A stretch of DNA of 64,000 nucleotides from Syntrophales bacterium (GCA_963662405.2 CAXXKT010000002.1:128001-192000); one strand, 5' to 3'. Counted from the stretch's first letter, positions 28,978 through 39,624 are shown. The notes: generated by a model from the sequence alone, not told the origin. Numbers and translations: made by a program.

Positions 28978-29775
28978 CTACTGAAGATGTTTTCCGGAGA
29001 GAATAAAACCCTCTGTGAATACAGAATCATCCAGAATAATGTCAGCTCGCCGGTTCTTGACACCCATAAGCGTTTTCTGGTTTATCTTGTGACGGACAAT
29101 CAGGGCCTTCTTCGCGGTCCAAGCGTCGCCGTCAAGCCTTTCGAGATCGTGGTTGGTCTGGGTCTTGAGCAATCTTCCCCGATGATCATAAAATTCAATC
29201 TTTACCGTAAAGAGGATATCCTTTCGCACATAGACCACACGTTTTGAATAGCCGCTTCTCTTCGCCTTTTCCTTCGTGCCGGGCACAATACTGATCACAT
29301 AGCAGTCATTCCCGTCCAGTGATTTTTCGTCTCCAAGGGCGTACGTATACTCATCCATCTGATCCGGCATCAGGTCTTCATAGGTCAGGTCGGTGCCCAT
29401 GAAATAGCTCTTCAGGCTGCTGCGTGCCATGCGCTGGAGTTTTTTCTCACTTGGCAGGTACAGCCACTGTTTGCTTTGACCACCGTCAAGCTCCCAGGTC
29501 AAGAGAGCAGTACCCGCAATATCCTTGGGCTCGCGGAATACGATCAGACTTCGCGTCAATCCGCTATCAGACTCCTTGATATATCGTTTGATAAAGCGCT
29601 CTTTCCGGTTCCCCTTTGTATCGATAATCAGCATGACGATATCCGCCGTATCAGTTTTTACACTATGTCTTTCCTGTACAAGGTCCATGATACGGCGCCC
29701 CGTCATCTCTTCGGCACAGACACCCCCGGGAAGCACAAAGACAATAACTGACAGAAAAACGATAACTTGCTTCAT
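28978..29775 (-). CDS. LolA-like outer-membrane lipoprotein-sorting protein
   Basis: Signal peptide; F.EP.DIAGTALL, QWLYLP, FMGTDLTYEDL, IEFYDHRG.LLK. Confidence 0.85.
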   Translation of the reverse strand: MKQVIVFLSVIVFVLPGGVCAEEMTGRRIMDLVQERHSVKTDTADIVMLIIDTKGNRKERFIKRYIKESDSGLTRSLIVFREPKDIAGTALLTWELDGGQSKQWLYLPSEKKLQRMARSSLKSYFMGTDLTYEDLMPDQMDEYTYALGDEKSLDGNDCYVISIVPGTKEKAKRSGYSKRVVYVRKDILFTVKIEFYDHRGRLLKTQTNHDLERLDGDAWTAKKALIVRHKINQKTLMGVKNRRADIILDDSVFTEGFILSGKHLQ

Positions 29776-30394
29776 ATTATCCCCTTGCACGTAATCAAGA
29801 AATCCTCTCCAGTTCTAAGATTCAAGTCGGGAGAAGATCTGCTTGGTGAGTATGACCAACAATCCGATCCTCTGGGAGGAGCGCAGTCTATCACGTTTTT
29901 CCACTGTGTACTGTCAGATAAATCGTTCAGACACAACATAAACTTGAGAAAATATTTTTCCCTTCGCCGACCACGACATCCTCAGGAAAAATCGTATAAA
30001 TGGAATGAGGTGGTTTTCAGCACCCACCAACGAGGTCCAACCAACCCCACCCCGAAGAGAAGGAGTATAACGAAAACGAACAATACATCGCATGTTAATT
30101 CAATAAATAAAGAGGGTTATCTTATATCATCGGGGAGCCGCGGGGGATCTCTTCTGTCCTTTGTATGTTCAAAGGCCTTCCACCATTTTCCTCATATCTC
30201 CCTGGCTCGCTCATTGTAAGAGCTCGGATAACATGATATTCAATTTATCTTTAATGGTCAGGTGAGATCGTGAGACCCATGGCACGATACTGAAACCGGC
30301 ATTTTTATGGCAGCGCCGTGGCTCCGAACGCGGCCCTGCTCAGCGATGATCACACCTCGAGGTGCGATATCGCGGAGAGGAGCATGGCACTCCT

Positions 30395-31273
30395 ATGATG
30401 ATACACAATCAAGGAATAAGCGAGATTATCGAGCGGCGTTTTTCATGCCGCTCCTATGATCTGCGACCGATCGCTTCTGATATCAGAGATGAACTGTCGG
30501 AGATTCTGGACGCATTATCGAGCGGCCCTCTGGGCGGAAAAGCCCGCCTTGAGCTGATAGCGGCGGGTGCCGATGACGTTGCCTCCTTGAAGGGTCTGGG
30601 GACGTACGGTTTCATCAAGGGTGCCACGGGTTTCATCGTCTGCGCGACTGACCGGAGCGGGAACCCAATGGAGGATTGTGGCTATCTGATCGAAGAGGCC
30701 ATCCTCTTCGCGGCGGACAGGGGCCTCGGTACCTGCTGGCTGGGCGGCACCTTCAACAAGAGCGGTTTTTCGCGGAAGATTTCCCTGAAAGAGACCGAGA
30801 TCATACCGGCCGTGGTGGCCATCGGATACCCTGCGAACAGACGCCGCCTCTTTGATTCCTTCATCCGACGCCGGGCCGGATCGGACAGCCGCCTTGCATG
30901 GGATACCCTCTTTTTCGATGGAGACTTCCGCGCCGCTTTGTCGTCCGAAAGGGCAAAGGCGTATGCAAGGCCCCTGGAAATGGTACGACTGGGGCCGTCC
31001 GCGTCAAACAACCAACCCTGGCGTGTCATCCGTGACGGCGCTCGGTGGCACTTCTATCTGCAACGCACGAAGGGCTATCGCACTCGCAACGCGAAGCTCT
31101 TCAAGCTTCCGGACCTGCAGCGGGTCGATATGGGGATCGCCATGTGCCACTTCGAATTCACCGCAAGGGAGTCGGGCCTCTCCGGAGCGTGGATCATCGC
31201 CGACCCGGGGATCGAGAAGCCGGATAGACTCACTGAATATGTCGTCACCTGGCGACACGGAGGACAGGGATAA
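30395..31273 (+). CDS. Nitroreductase family protein (two-domain)
   Basis: RRFSCRSY, GLGTCWLGG, GPSASNNQPW, DMGIAMCHF. Confidence 0.88.
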   Translation: MMIHNQGISEIIERRFSCRSYDLRPIASDIRDELSEILDALSSGPLGGKARLELIAAGADDVASLKGLGTYGFIKGATGFIVCATDRSGNPMEDCGYLIEEAILFAADRGLGTCWLGGTFNKSGFSRKISLKETEIIPAVVAIGYPANRRRLFDSFIRRRAGSDSRLAWDTLFFDGDFRAALSSERAKAYARPLEMVRLGPSASNNQPWRVIRDGARWHFYLQRTKGYRTRNAKLFKLPDLQRVDMGIAMCHFEFTARESGLSGAWIIADPGIEKPDRLTEYVVTWRHGGQG

Positions 31274-32406
31274 TGTACAATTTTGACGAGCCCGTCGACC
31301 GCCGCGGCACGAACAGCCTGAAGTGGGATCTTTACAAGGGGACGGATATCATTCCCCTGTGGGTGGCGGATATGGATTTCCGGGTCTCACCGGCGATTGC
31401 CCAGGCCCTGCGGGCCCATGTCGACCATGGGGTATTCGGGTATACCCTTGTTCCCGATAAGCTGGTCGATGTGGTGGTCGAGCGACTGGCGGCGCGGTAC
31501 GGATGGAAAATCGAACGGGACTGGATCGTCTGGCTCCCGGGACTGGTGACGGGGATCAACGTGGCCTGTCGGGCCGTGGGCGACACAGGTGACGATGTCC
31601 TCACCACGACGCCGATATACCCCCCCTTCCTGACCGCCCCGGGAAACGCGTCACGGACGCTCACTACGGTCCCGCTGACTGAACGAAAAGATGGCTGGGG
31701 GATTGATTTTGACCGCCTGGAAGAAGCCATCACACCACGCACCCGTCTGCTCCTTCTGTGCAGTCCCCATAATCCGACGGGACGGGTCTTCACCCGCGAC
31801 GAACTGACCACCCTGGCACAGATCTGTGATCGGCACGATATCGTGATCTGCTCTGATGAGATTCACTGTGAACTGGTCCTCGACACCGACCAGGGGCACA
31901 TCCCCACGGCGGCCCTGCAGCCGGACGTGGAGCAGCGGGCCATCACGCTCATGGCGCCGAGTAAGACCTTCAACATACCGGGGCTGGGGTGTTCCTTCGC
32001 CGTCATTGCCGATGAGCCGCTCCGCCGGCGTTTCCTGCGGGCGATGAAGGGCATCGTACCTCACGTCAATGCCTTGGGCTATACGGCGGCGCTGGCGGCC
32101 TACCGTGACAGCGAAGGGTGGCACTGGGCGCTCCTCGACTATCTCCGGGGAAACAGGGACGTCGTCGAACGCGCAATCAGTGCGCTGCCGAACCTCTCCA
32201 TGCACCACGTGGAGGCCACCTACCTGGCCTGGATCGACGCGCGGCGGATCGGCATGGAAAACCCCGCTGCGGCCTTTGAAGAAAGAGGAGTGGGTCTCTC
32301 CGATGGAAAACCCTTCGGTGCGGAGGGGTTTGTCCGGTTAAATTTCGGCTGTACCCGTTCCCTCCTCCAGGAGGCCCTGCGGAGAATGGGGACGATCCCG
32401 GTATAG
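31273..32406 (+). CDS. PLP-dependent C-S lyase, MalY/PatB family
   Basis: PLWVADMDF, CSPHNPTGRV, SDEIH, APSKTFN. Confidence 0.92.
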   Translation: MYNFDEPVDRRGTNSLKWDLYKGTDIIPLWVADMDFRVSPAIAQALRAHVDHGVFGYTLVPDKLVDVVVERLAARYGWKIERDWIVWLPGLVTGINVACRAVGDTGDDVLTTTPIYPPFLTAPGNASRTLTTVPLTERKDGWGIDFDRLEEAITPRTRLLLLCSPHNPTGRVFTRDELTTLAQICDRHDIVICSDEIHCELVLDTDQGHIPTAALQPDVEQRAITLMAPSKTFNIPGLGCSFAVIADEPLRRRFLRAMKGIVPHVNALGYTAALAAYRDSEGWHWALLDYLRGNRDVVERAISALPNLSMHHVEATYLAWIDARRIGMENPAAAFEERGVGLSDGKPFGAEGFVRLNFGCTRSLLQEALRRMGTIPV

Positions 32407-32430
32407 GCGAGTGCGGGTTATCTCACCATG

Positions 32431-32446
32431 TGGCACGGGTTGTGCT
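32431..32446 (+). promoter_or_regulatory. Putative sigma54 promoter
   Basis: TGGCACGggttgTGCT = GG-N10-GC, 38 nt before ATG 32484. Confidence 0.55.
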
Positions 32447-32483
32447 TTTACACTCGGAAGATAAAATGTTTGCGAGGTGAGTG

Positions 32484-32771
32484 ATGAGACGAAACAGCCG
32501 TTTATCCATACTCCTGCTGGCCGCGTGCATCTTCGGGGTCATCGCGGGCGGACAGATCACCGCAACCGCCGGGGAAAAGATTTCCCCCTACAATGTCCCC
32601 AAAGGGGTGTATATCGATCTGGACACGGATTCCTTAAAGGCTCTGAGCACCAACCAGGGAGATACAAAGATTCACACCACTGAAACCTCGGAGGCATACC
32701 TGCGGATGATCCTGGAGAATCAGGAGGAAATCATCAGATTGCTCCATGAGTTTCTGGAACATAAGGAATAG
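32484..32771 (+). CDS. Small exported hypothetical protein
   Basis: N-terminal signal-like hydrophobic stretch; SD GAGGTG. Confidence 0.55.
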   Translation: MRRNSRLSILLLAACIFGVIAGGQITATAGEKISPYNVPKGVYIDLDTDSLKALSTNQGDTKIHTTETSEAYLRMILENQEEIIRLLHEFLEHKE

Positions 32772-32993
32772 AGAAATCACTTCGAACATTCGGATTTCCC
32801 TTCCAATACCCGGTATACGGTGGGATGCAAGTCGTCTCTTCATATCCCGGTATCTTACTTCTTTTTGTTACCCTTCCCGCTCATGATTATTCCTTCGGAG
32901 GAGGTTACACAAATAAAACATGGTACAGCGAGGGCCATGGTGCACAACCGTTGATTTGTTTCTTCCATAATGACCGATTCATCGCTCGGAGGT

Positions 32994-33647
32994 TTAGGAT
33001 GCCTGTCGCCTCTTCTTCCTGCCGACACCAGCGAGACCCAGCAGACCAGCCCCCAGCAGAACCATCGTGGCGGGTTCCGGAACAGGGGCGGACGATGAGT
33101 TCTGAACAAGTATATTCTGAACCCCATTCATATTGACAATAGAATAATTGCTCAGGAGATACCCCGCATCTATGGTCGCATTTCCCAACGCATCCATATA
33201 GCGATTAGAGAGCATTTTGACATCCCACGGTCCATTGAGAGTAAAATCATCGCCATACAGTGTCGCCCAGATGGCGCTCTGGAGGGCCGCACCCGACTTT
33301 GTCGATGAAGTGGGAGCGTATCGATCCATCAGCCAAGCCGCCTCGACCGTGGGGGCGAGAAGGCTGTCAATATCATAAGTCCTCTGGGAAATAGAAGAAG
33401 AGAGGTCGACACAGAATGCAGATTGCGATCCTCCCCACCCCAGAACGTCATCATACAGGGATATGGTAAATTCGCCTGCATAGCCGGTATCATAGTGCCC
33501 ATCCGGGTACTCATATCTGATTTCCATGAGGTCCCAGTCATCGACACGGACCTGCGTGTAGGTAGCGCCGACAGTGACAACGGTTGTAACGACGAAAACA
33601 AGAACCAAAAAGAAAGAAACGATTATTGCCTGTACCTTCGTTTTCAT
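32994..33647 (-). CDS. PEP-CTERM sorting domain protein
   Basis: Signal peptide; C-terminal VPEPATMVLLGAGLLGLAGVGRKKRR. Confidence 0.92.
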   Translation of the reverse strand: MKTKVQAIIVSFFLVLVFVVTTVVTVGATYTQVRVDDWDLMEIRYEYPDGHYDTGYAGEFTISLYDDVLGWGGSQSAFCVDLSSSISQRTYDIDSLLAPTVEAAWLMDRYAPTSSTKSGAALQSAIWATLYGDDFTLNGPWDVKMLSNRYMDALGNATIDAGYLLSNYSIVNMNGVQNILVQNSSSAPVPEPATMVLLGAGLLGLAGVGRKKRRQAS

Positions 33648-33717
33648 TGGATCACCTCCACCTGTTTACTTGTGAACTCATCTTGGTTTCCGTTCTCTCA
33701 GGTTCAGGGCCGTATGT

Positions 33718-33739
33718 AAATACTACTAAAGTAGTATTT
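33718..33739. promoter_or_regulatory. Palindromic operator (NarL/LuxR-type 7-2-7) upstream of the PEP-CTERM gene
   Basis: AAATACTACT-AA-AGTAGTATTT. Confidence 0.5.
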
Positions 33740-34174
33740 TTTAGTGTTTCTGAGGGTTTATGCTTGAAACGGTTGGTGAGACGTCATTTCTGATAGAGGG
33801 ATATGGTGGGGAGTGAGTATTCATTAAGCGTATGTTGTATGCCTTCAGGGAAAGTTTAAACTCTTGATAATGAGAACAAAGAGATATCAGTAGTGAACAA
33901 GGATTGAATAGGTCTCTCCATCTCTGACTCGACCCCTTTCGTATCCCTTTATGCTCCGGATATCGGTCTTCGGCCCTATGACGGTTTTGAAAACAAGCGC
34001 GGGACGGCGGACCCAAAGAGGAGAGGTTTCTGTACAACCCCGGGAAAAACAGGGAGTGACCTTTCTTTGCTTCCAGTGAAAAGGCATTGAAATAGCTGGC
34101 ATCAGGGAGCAATTTGCATTATATAGTCTGACCTGTAATGAATTTTAAAATCGGGGAAACACCGGGGAGGTATT

Positions 34175-34708
34175 ATGAGCTCTTTTCAAGATCGTATTTT
34201 TCGCGCCGCCAAGCTGGATGCCAACCTGTATGAGGAGGTAGAGGCCGACAAGGGGGCAATGGGCCAGGCAATGACGGTTGTTGTCATCTCCAGCCTGGCA
34301 GCCGGCATTGGGAGTATTGCCCAAGGAGGGTTTGCCGGGATTTTGATCGGGACGGCCGCGGCCCTTATCGGATGGTATATCTGGGCTTGGCTTACCTTCT
34401 TCATCGGCACGAGATTTCTTCCTGAACCGCAGACCGAGGCTGATCCGGGAGAGCTGCTCCGTACAATCGGTTTTTCCAGTGCTCCCGGTCTGATTCGTGT
34501 TGCGGGAATCATCCCGGGGTTGGGACAGTTGATTTTCTTCGTGTCATCCATCTGGATGCTGGCGGCGATGGTGATCGCGGTCAGGCAGGCACTCGACTAT
34601 ACCAGCACCTGGCGGGCCGTCGGGGTCTGCGCGATCGGTTGGATAATCCAGATGTTGATCATGGCGCTGCTGTTCAGTCTCCTCGGCGGCTTCCCCCAAC
34701 CGGCATAA
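34175..34708 (+). CDS. Yip1-family membrane protein
   Basis: YEEVEAD, ELLRTIGFSSAPG, AVRQALDY; about 5 TM segments. Confidence 0.75.
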   Translation: MSSFQDRIFRAAKLDANLYEEVEADKGAMGQAMTVVVISSLAAGIGSIAQGGFAGILIGTAAALIGWYIWAWLTFFIGTRFLPEPQTEADPGELLRTIGFSSAPGLIRVAGIIPGLGQLIFFVSSIWMLAAMVIAVRQALDYTSTWRAVGVCAIGWIIQMLIMALLFSLLGGFPQPA

Positions 34709-34739
34709 AAACGCACTGCGCCATCCATAACAAAGACGG

Positions 34740-34769
34740 ATCGGGGACGGCCCATTGGCCGTCCCCGAT
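34740..34769. terminator. 13-bp hairpin after the Yip1 gene (terminator or REP-like)
   Basis: ATCGGGGACGGCC-CATT-GGCCGTCCCCGAT; no clear U-tract. Confidence 0.45.
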
Positions 34770-34913
34770 TGAATTGATTCATCCCCCCCCTCTCTCTATC
34801 CTCTCAACATCCCTTGACCCATGCATCTCATATAAAGGTGCGCTTTCCGATTGTCTTTCAGGTCAATGAAGGGTATACCGGCACGATATAGTATACGGAG
34901 GTTGTGTTTCGTT

Positions 34914-35402
34914 ATGAACATCAGGGAAGCAAAGGACCAGGATTTCGATGGTATCTGGCCTATCTTTCACGAGATCGTCTCAGCCGGTGAAACGTATGCG
35001 TACGATCCCCGAACAACAAAAGAAGACGCCTTCCACATCTGGATGACACAGCCGCATAAAACCTTCGTCGCCGAAGAGGGCGATACCGTTCGCGGGACCT
35101 ATTATCTCAAGAGAAATCAACCGGGACTGGGCGGTCACGTCTGTAACTGCGGGTATATGGTGCCGGCAGCGACCCGAGGAAAAGGCCTGGCAACCGCCAT
35201 GTGTGAGCATTCGCAGAAAACAGCCGTCGAACTCGGCTACCGGGCCATGCAGTTCAATCTGGTGGTGTCAACAAATGAGGGAGCCATTCGGCTCTGGGAA
35301 AAACTGGGGTTTGAGATCGTCGGGCGTCTCCCCAAGGCATTCCGGCACTCGGAAGCGGGATTGGTGGATGCCTTCATCATGTATAAATGTCTGACGATAT
35401 GA
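34914..35402 (+). CDS. GNAT family N-acetyltransferase
   Basis: GHVCNCGYMV...RGKGLA...AMQFNLVVSTNEGA..LWEKLGF. Confidence 0.9.
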   Translation: MNIREAKDQDFDGIWPIFHEIVSAGETYAYDPRTTKEDAFHIWMTQPHKTFVAEEGDTVRGTYYLKRNQPGLGGHVCNCGYMVPAATRGKGLATAMCEHSQKTAVELGYRAMQFNLVVSTNEGAIRLWEKLGFEIVGRLPKAFRHSEAGLVDAFIMYKCLTI

Positions 35403-35603
35403 CACCGAAATGTTCGGAGAGAGGATCATACGTCAAATCGCCCTGTTGAAACAGTGCATTGAGATTACTTTATTCTTGACAGGAAAATACCTCACTCTAT
35501 ATACTGCGCCGCACTGGACAGCTGCGACCCGCAAGAAGTCTTTTCTAAGGGATGTGTGTCTTTGTCTCATATACCTTAACCAATGGAGCAAAGGAGACGA
35601 TCG

Positions 35604-36755
35604 ATGAAGATTTCAAAACTGTTGGTGATTCTCAGTGTGCTGGTGGGTGTTGGCATGCCTTTTACGGTTACGGCGGCGAAACCCGTCGTCATCGGCCTTC
35701 AGGGGCCGATAACGGGTCCATGGGCTTACGAAGGAGAAATGGCGAAGCAATCATGTGAAATTGCCGCCCAGTTGATCAACCAGAAGGGCGGGATCCTCGG
35801 TGGTCGCATGGTCGAACTCCGGGTCGTCGATGACGCGGGCGAACCAAGAACCGGCGCTCTGGCGGCACAAAAGCTGGTGGGGCAGAAAGACGTTGTGGCG
35901 GCCGTTTCAACGTACGGCTCATCAATCTGCGAACCGGCTTCAAACATCTACGAAAAGTTTAAAAAGGTCAATATCGGCTATGGGGTTACAGCAGTACGCC
36001 TGACACAACGAGACTTCAAGTATTTCTTCCGCACTTGCGGGCGCGATGATTCGCAGGGTGCCTTCTTCGCACAGGCCGTTCTCTCAAAATTCAACGCGAA
36101 CCGAATCGCGATCATGCACGATAACACGGCCTTCGGAAAGGGACTGGCGGAGGATACGAGACGGGCGCTCAAGCAGATGATCGACAGCGGGAAGGCCGAG
36201 ATCGTCTATTTCGATGCGATCACCCCCGGTGAAAAGGACTTTCATGTGTCACTTACCAAACTTCGTGAGGCAAAACCGGAAGTATGGTACTTCACCGGCT
36301 ACTATGCCGAAGCGGCGCTCCTGATCACTCAGGCGCGCGATATCGGCATCACCTGCCCCTTCGTGGGCGGAAATGCGGCGATCAATGATGAATTTGTGAA
36401 AATCGCCGGCCTGGATGTCGCCAAGGGGTGCTTCATGACCAATGAACCCCTCCCCGCAGACCTCCCCTACCCGGAAGCGAAAGAATTTTTGAAGGCATAC
36501 AAAGACAAGTTCGGAGAGATTCCCTCCAGTCCCTGGCCCATATACGCGGCTGACGCCCTGAGCATTATCGCTTATGCAGTCGATAAGGCGGGATCCACCG
36601 ATTCTGATGCCATTGCCGATTATCTCCGCAACAAAATCGACGGCGTCCCGGGGATCACCGGTCCCATAGGCTTTACCGCACAGGGTGACCGGGAAGGCGT
36701 ACCGTTTTATCTCTATGTCGTCGATGACAAGGGGAATATCGTCGTTTCGAAATAA
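35604..36755 (+). CDS. livK: Branched-chain amino acid ABC transporter substrate-binding protein
   Basis: Signal peptide; GPITGPWA, INQKGGILG, FFRTCGRDDSQG; TTGACA 35476 / TATACT 35500 upstream. Confidence 0.88.
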   Translation: MKISKLLVILSVLVGVGMPFTVTAAKPVVIGLQGPITGPWAYEGEMAKQSCEIAAQLINQKGGILGGRMVELRVVDDAGEPRTGALAAQKLVGQKDVVAAVSTYGSSICEPASNIYEKFKKVNIGYGVTAVRLTQRDFKYFFRTCGRDDSQGAFFAQAVLSKFNANRIAIMHDNTAFGKGLAEDTRRALKQMIDSGKAEIVYFDAITPGEKDFHVSLTKLREAKPEVWYFTGYYAEAALLITQARDIGITCPFVGGNAAINDEFVKIAGLDVAKGCFMTNEPLPADLPYPEAKEFLKAYKDKFGEIPSSPWPIYAADALSIIAYAVDKAGSTDSDAIADYLRNKIDGVPGITGPIGFTAQGDREGVPFYLYVVDDKGNIVVSK

Positions 36756-36902
36756 ACGGTCACAAAGATCGTTCCGGTCGTGCCGCGCCGAATTCAACCC
36801 CGACGCGGCACGGCGCAACACGCAGCCCGGCCGCCGGGACACTTGATTCGAGCCGGCAGCACTTCGGCGAACCTCCGGAGAAACGGGAAAGATTCACTAT
36901 AA

Positions 36903-37814
36903 ATGGAAGTTTTCATAGAACAGATCATCAACGGACTCACCATCGGCTCTTTTTATGCCCTGATCGCCCTTGGTTATTCCATGGTTTACGGTGTCCTGAA
37001 ACTGATCAATTTCGCCCATGGAGATTTTTTTACCTTGGGTTCCTATCTGGGATACACCGTTCTGGTCTTCGGGTTCGCATTTCTGACCTCCCACTACGGT
37101 CTGTGGGGCGGCATGATTCTGGCCATGGTTGTCGCCGCCCTCTGTCTCGCACTGGTGGGCATTACGGTGGAACGGCTGGCATATCGCCCGATCTACCCTG
37201 CGGGCCGGCTCCCGGCCGTCGTCTCCGCTCTCGGTGCCTCCATCTTCCTGCAGAACGCAATCATGGTCATCTGGGGTCCCCGCTACCAAGCGTATCCGGC
37301 GTCATTAATACCCAATATCCACATACAGCTGGGTGGTTTGCACATCACCCTGCTTCAAATCGTGATTCTCGTCCTCTCCTTTGTCCTCATGGGCATTCTC
37401 TACTACGTCATACAGAAGACGCTCTTCGGAGCGGCAGTCAGGGCAACCGCGCTCGATCGGAATACAGCTTCCCTCATGGGGATCAATTTCAACAAGGTGA
37501 TATTATTCGTATTTACACTGGGGCCTGCCCTGGGTGCGATCACCGGTGTCATGGTGGGGATGTACTACCGGCAAATCAGCTTTACCATGGGCTGGAACTA
37601 TGGGCTTAAGGCCTTCACCGCTACGATACTGGGAGGGATCGGCAACCTCCCCGGCGCCATGTTCGGAGGTCTGATCCTGGGTCTCTTGGAGATGTTCGGC
37701 GGCGCCTATATCTCGGCGGCGTGGAAAGACGTTTTCGTGTTCCTGGTTCTGATCCTGGTTCTGATTTTCAGACCGACCGGTCTCTTCGGCGAAAAAACGG
37801 CTGAAAAGGTATAA
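36903..37814 (+). CDS. livH: BCAA ABC transporter permease LivH
   Basis: GSFYALIALGYSMVYGVLKLINFAHGD. Confidence 0.92.
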   Translation: MEVFIEQIINGLTIGSFYALIALGYSMVYGVLKLINFAHGDFFTLGSYLGYTVLVFGFAFLTSHYGLWGGMILAMVVAALCLALVGITVERLAYRPIYPAGRLPAVVSALGASIFLQNAIMVIWGPRYQAYPASLIPNIHIQLGGLHITLLQIVILVLSFVLMGILYYVIQKTLFGAAVRATALDRNTASLMGINFNKVILFVFTLGPALGAITGVMVGMYYRQISFTMGWNYGLKAFTATILGGIGNLPGAMFGGLILGLLEMFGGAYISAAWKDVFVFLVLILVLIFRPTGLFGEKTAEKV

Positions 37815-37817
37815 GGC

Positions 37818-38819
37818 ATGGAAACGAAAACCCAATTTGGTTTGATACGGTTTTTCGGCTCCGGTCAGAATGCTCTCGTCATTATGCTCGGGATATTTAT
37901 TTTATATCCCTTCATCGCGAGCAACTATTTTATCGATATAGCTTTTTTCTTCGGCATCTATGCCCTTCTGGGATTGAGCCTCAATATCGTCCTCGGTGAA
38001 GTGGGTCTTTTCGACCTGGGACATGCGGGATTCTATGCCATCGGCGCCTATACCACCGCTATTCTGAATACCAAATTCGGCATTCCCATCTTTGTCCTGT
38101 TGCCGATCAGCGCCCTCGCGGCTGCGCTCTTCGCCTACATCGTCTGTTCCCCCATCATTCATCTTCAGGGCGATTATCTGCTGATTGTAACCATGGGAGT
38201 GGGAGAGATCATCCGCCTCGCACTCATCAACAATCCGTTCGATCTTACCGGCGGACCCAACGGCGTGTTCGGCATCGACTTCCCTGCCCTTCCCGGCGGT
38301 TTTGTCATTGATTCTTCAATTGAGTTCTATTTTCTCATCTGGATCGTTGTCGGTCTGTCGATCATTGGTCTGATCCGATTACAGAATTCACGGATCGGAA
38401 GGGCCTGGAATTACATCCGGGACGATGAGATAGCAGCGAGTGCCAGTGGGGTCAATGTCAAAAACTATAAGCTCCTTGCGTTTGTCCTTGGTGCCGCGTT
38501 AGCGGGGATTGCCGGTAACATCTACGCGAGCAAGCTGATGTGCGTCTCTCCCGAGAGCTTTACCTTCTGGGAATCCTGCCTGATGTTCTGTATTGTCCTG
38601 ATCGGCGGGATGGGCTCCATACCCGGCGTGATAATCGGCGCCGCCTTTATCAGCCTCTTCCCGGAGATATTCCGACCTTTTGCCATGTACCGGATGCTGG
38701 TATTCGGTTCGGCTATGATGCTCATGATGATGTTCCGGCCGGGAGGTGCCTGGCCACGGAAGAGAGGCGGTGGTTCCGTTATGTCACTCATGGCTCGGGC
38801 GAGGAGGAATAATGTCTGA
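37818..38819 (+). CDS. livM: BCAA ABC transporter permease LivM
   Basis: LSLNIVLGEVGLFDLGHAGFY, SRIGRAW..IRDDE. Confidence 0.92.
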   Translation: METKTQFGLIRFFGSGQNALVIMLGIFILYPFIASNYFIDIAFFFGIYALLGLSLNIVLGEVGLFDLGHAGFYAIGAYTTAILNTKFGIPIFVLLPISALAAALFAYIVCSPIIHLQGDYLLIVTMGVGEIIRLALINNPFDLTGGPNGVFGIDFPALPGGFVIDSSIEFYFLIWIVVGLSIIGLIRLQNSRIGRAWNYIRDDEIAASASGVNVKNYKLLAFVLGAALAGIAGNIYASKLMCVSPESFTFWESCLMFCIVLIGGMGSIPGVIIGAAFISLFPEIFRPFAMYRMLVFGSAMMLMMMFRPGGAWPRKRGGGSVMSLMARARRNNV

Positions 38820-39624
38820 GCCGAATCACAAAAAAAGTAATCGAATCGTCCTGGAAACCCGTGAACTGACCAAGGTCTTCGGTGGCCTGACCGCGGTCAG
38901 CGACATTGATCTGGTCGTCCATGAAGGGGAGATATCGAGTTTGATCGGCCCCAACGGCGCGGGGAAAACCACGGTATTCAATACGGTTACCGGGATCTAC
39001 CGCCCGGAAAGGGGCCGGATCATATTCAACGGTGAGGACATTACCGGGAAAAAGCCGCACGAGATCGTGGCCAAAGGGATTGCCCGTACCTTTCAGAATA
39101 TCCGCCTTTTCTCGACCATGACCTGTCTGGAAAACGTTATGGCAGGTCAGCACTGCCGCGCTTCGTCAGAGGTGTGGGGTGCCCTATTCCGGACAACCCG
39201 TCAAAGGGAAGAAGAGAAACGCTCCCTTGAAATTGCAGAATCGCGCGTCCGCCAGGTCCGGCTCTGGGAGGCACGTAACGAACTCGCTCAAAATATCGCC
39301 TACGGCAGCCAGCGTATGCTTGAAATCGCCCGTGCACTTGCCACTGAACCGACCCTCCTGGTCCTGGATGAACCCAGCAGCGGTTTGAACCCCCGGGAGA
39401 CGGGAGATCTTATGGACTTTCTGAAGGATCTGATCCGCCGTGAGAATCTGACCATTCTCCTCATCGAACACGATATGAACATGGTCATGGGCATATCGGA
39501 CTGGGTGACCGTTATGGACGGGGGACAAAAGATTGCCGAGGGCACGCCGGAGGTCGTCTATAACAATCCTCACGTCATCGAGGCCTATCTGGGGACCGAT
39601 GAAGATGGGGATGAGGATATATAA
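38812..39624 (+). CDS. livG: BCAA ABC transporter ATP-binding protein LivG
   Basis: GPNGAGKTT, ARTFQNIRLF, LDEP, LIEHDM. Confidence 0.92.
   Translation: MSEPNHKKSNRIVLETRELTKVFGGLTAVSDIDLVVHEGEISSLIGPNGAGKTTVFNTVTGIYRPERGRIIFNGEDITGKKPHEIVAKGIARTFQNIRLFSTMTCLENVMAGQHCRASSEVWGALFRTTRQREEEKRSLEIAESRVRQVRLWEARNELAQNIAYGSQRMLEIARALATEPTLLVLDEPSSGLNPRETGDLMDFLKDLIRRENLTILLIEHDMNMVMGISDWVTVMDGGQKIAEGTPEVVYNNPHVIEAYLGTDEDGDEDI

Noticed and set aside
30280..30296. TGGCACG as a sigma54 promoter for the nitroreductase
   Set aside because: No GC at the -12 position (GG-N10 is followed by AA).
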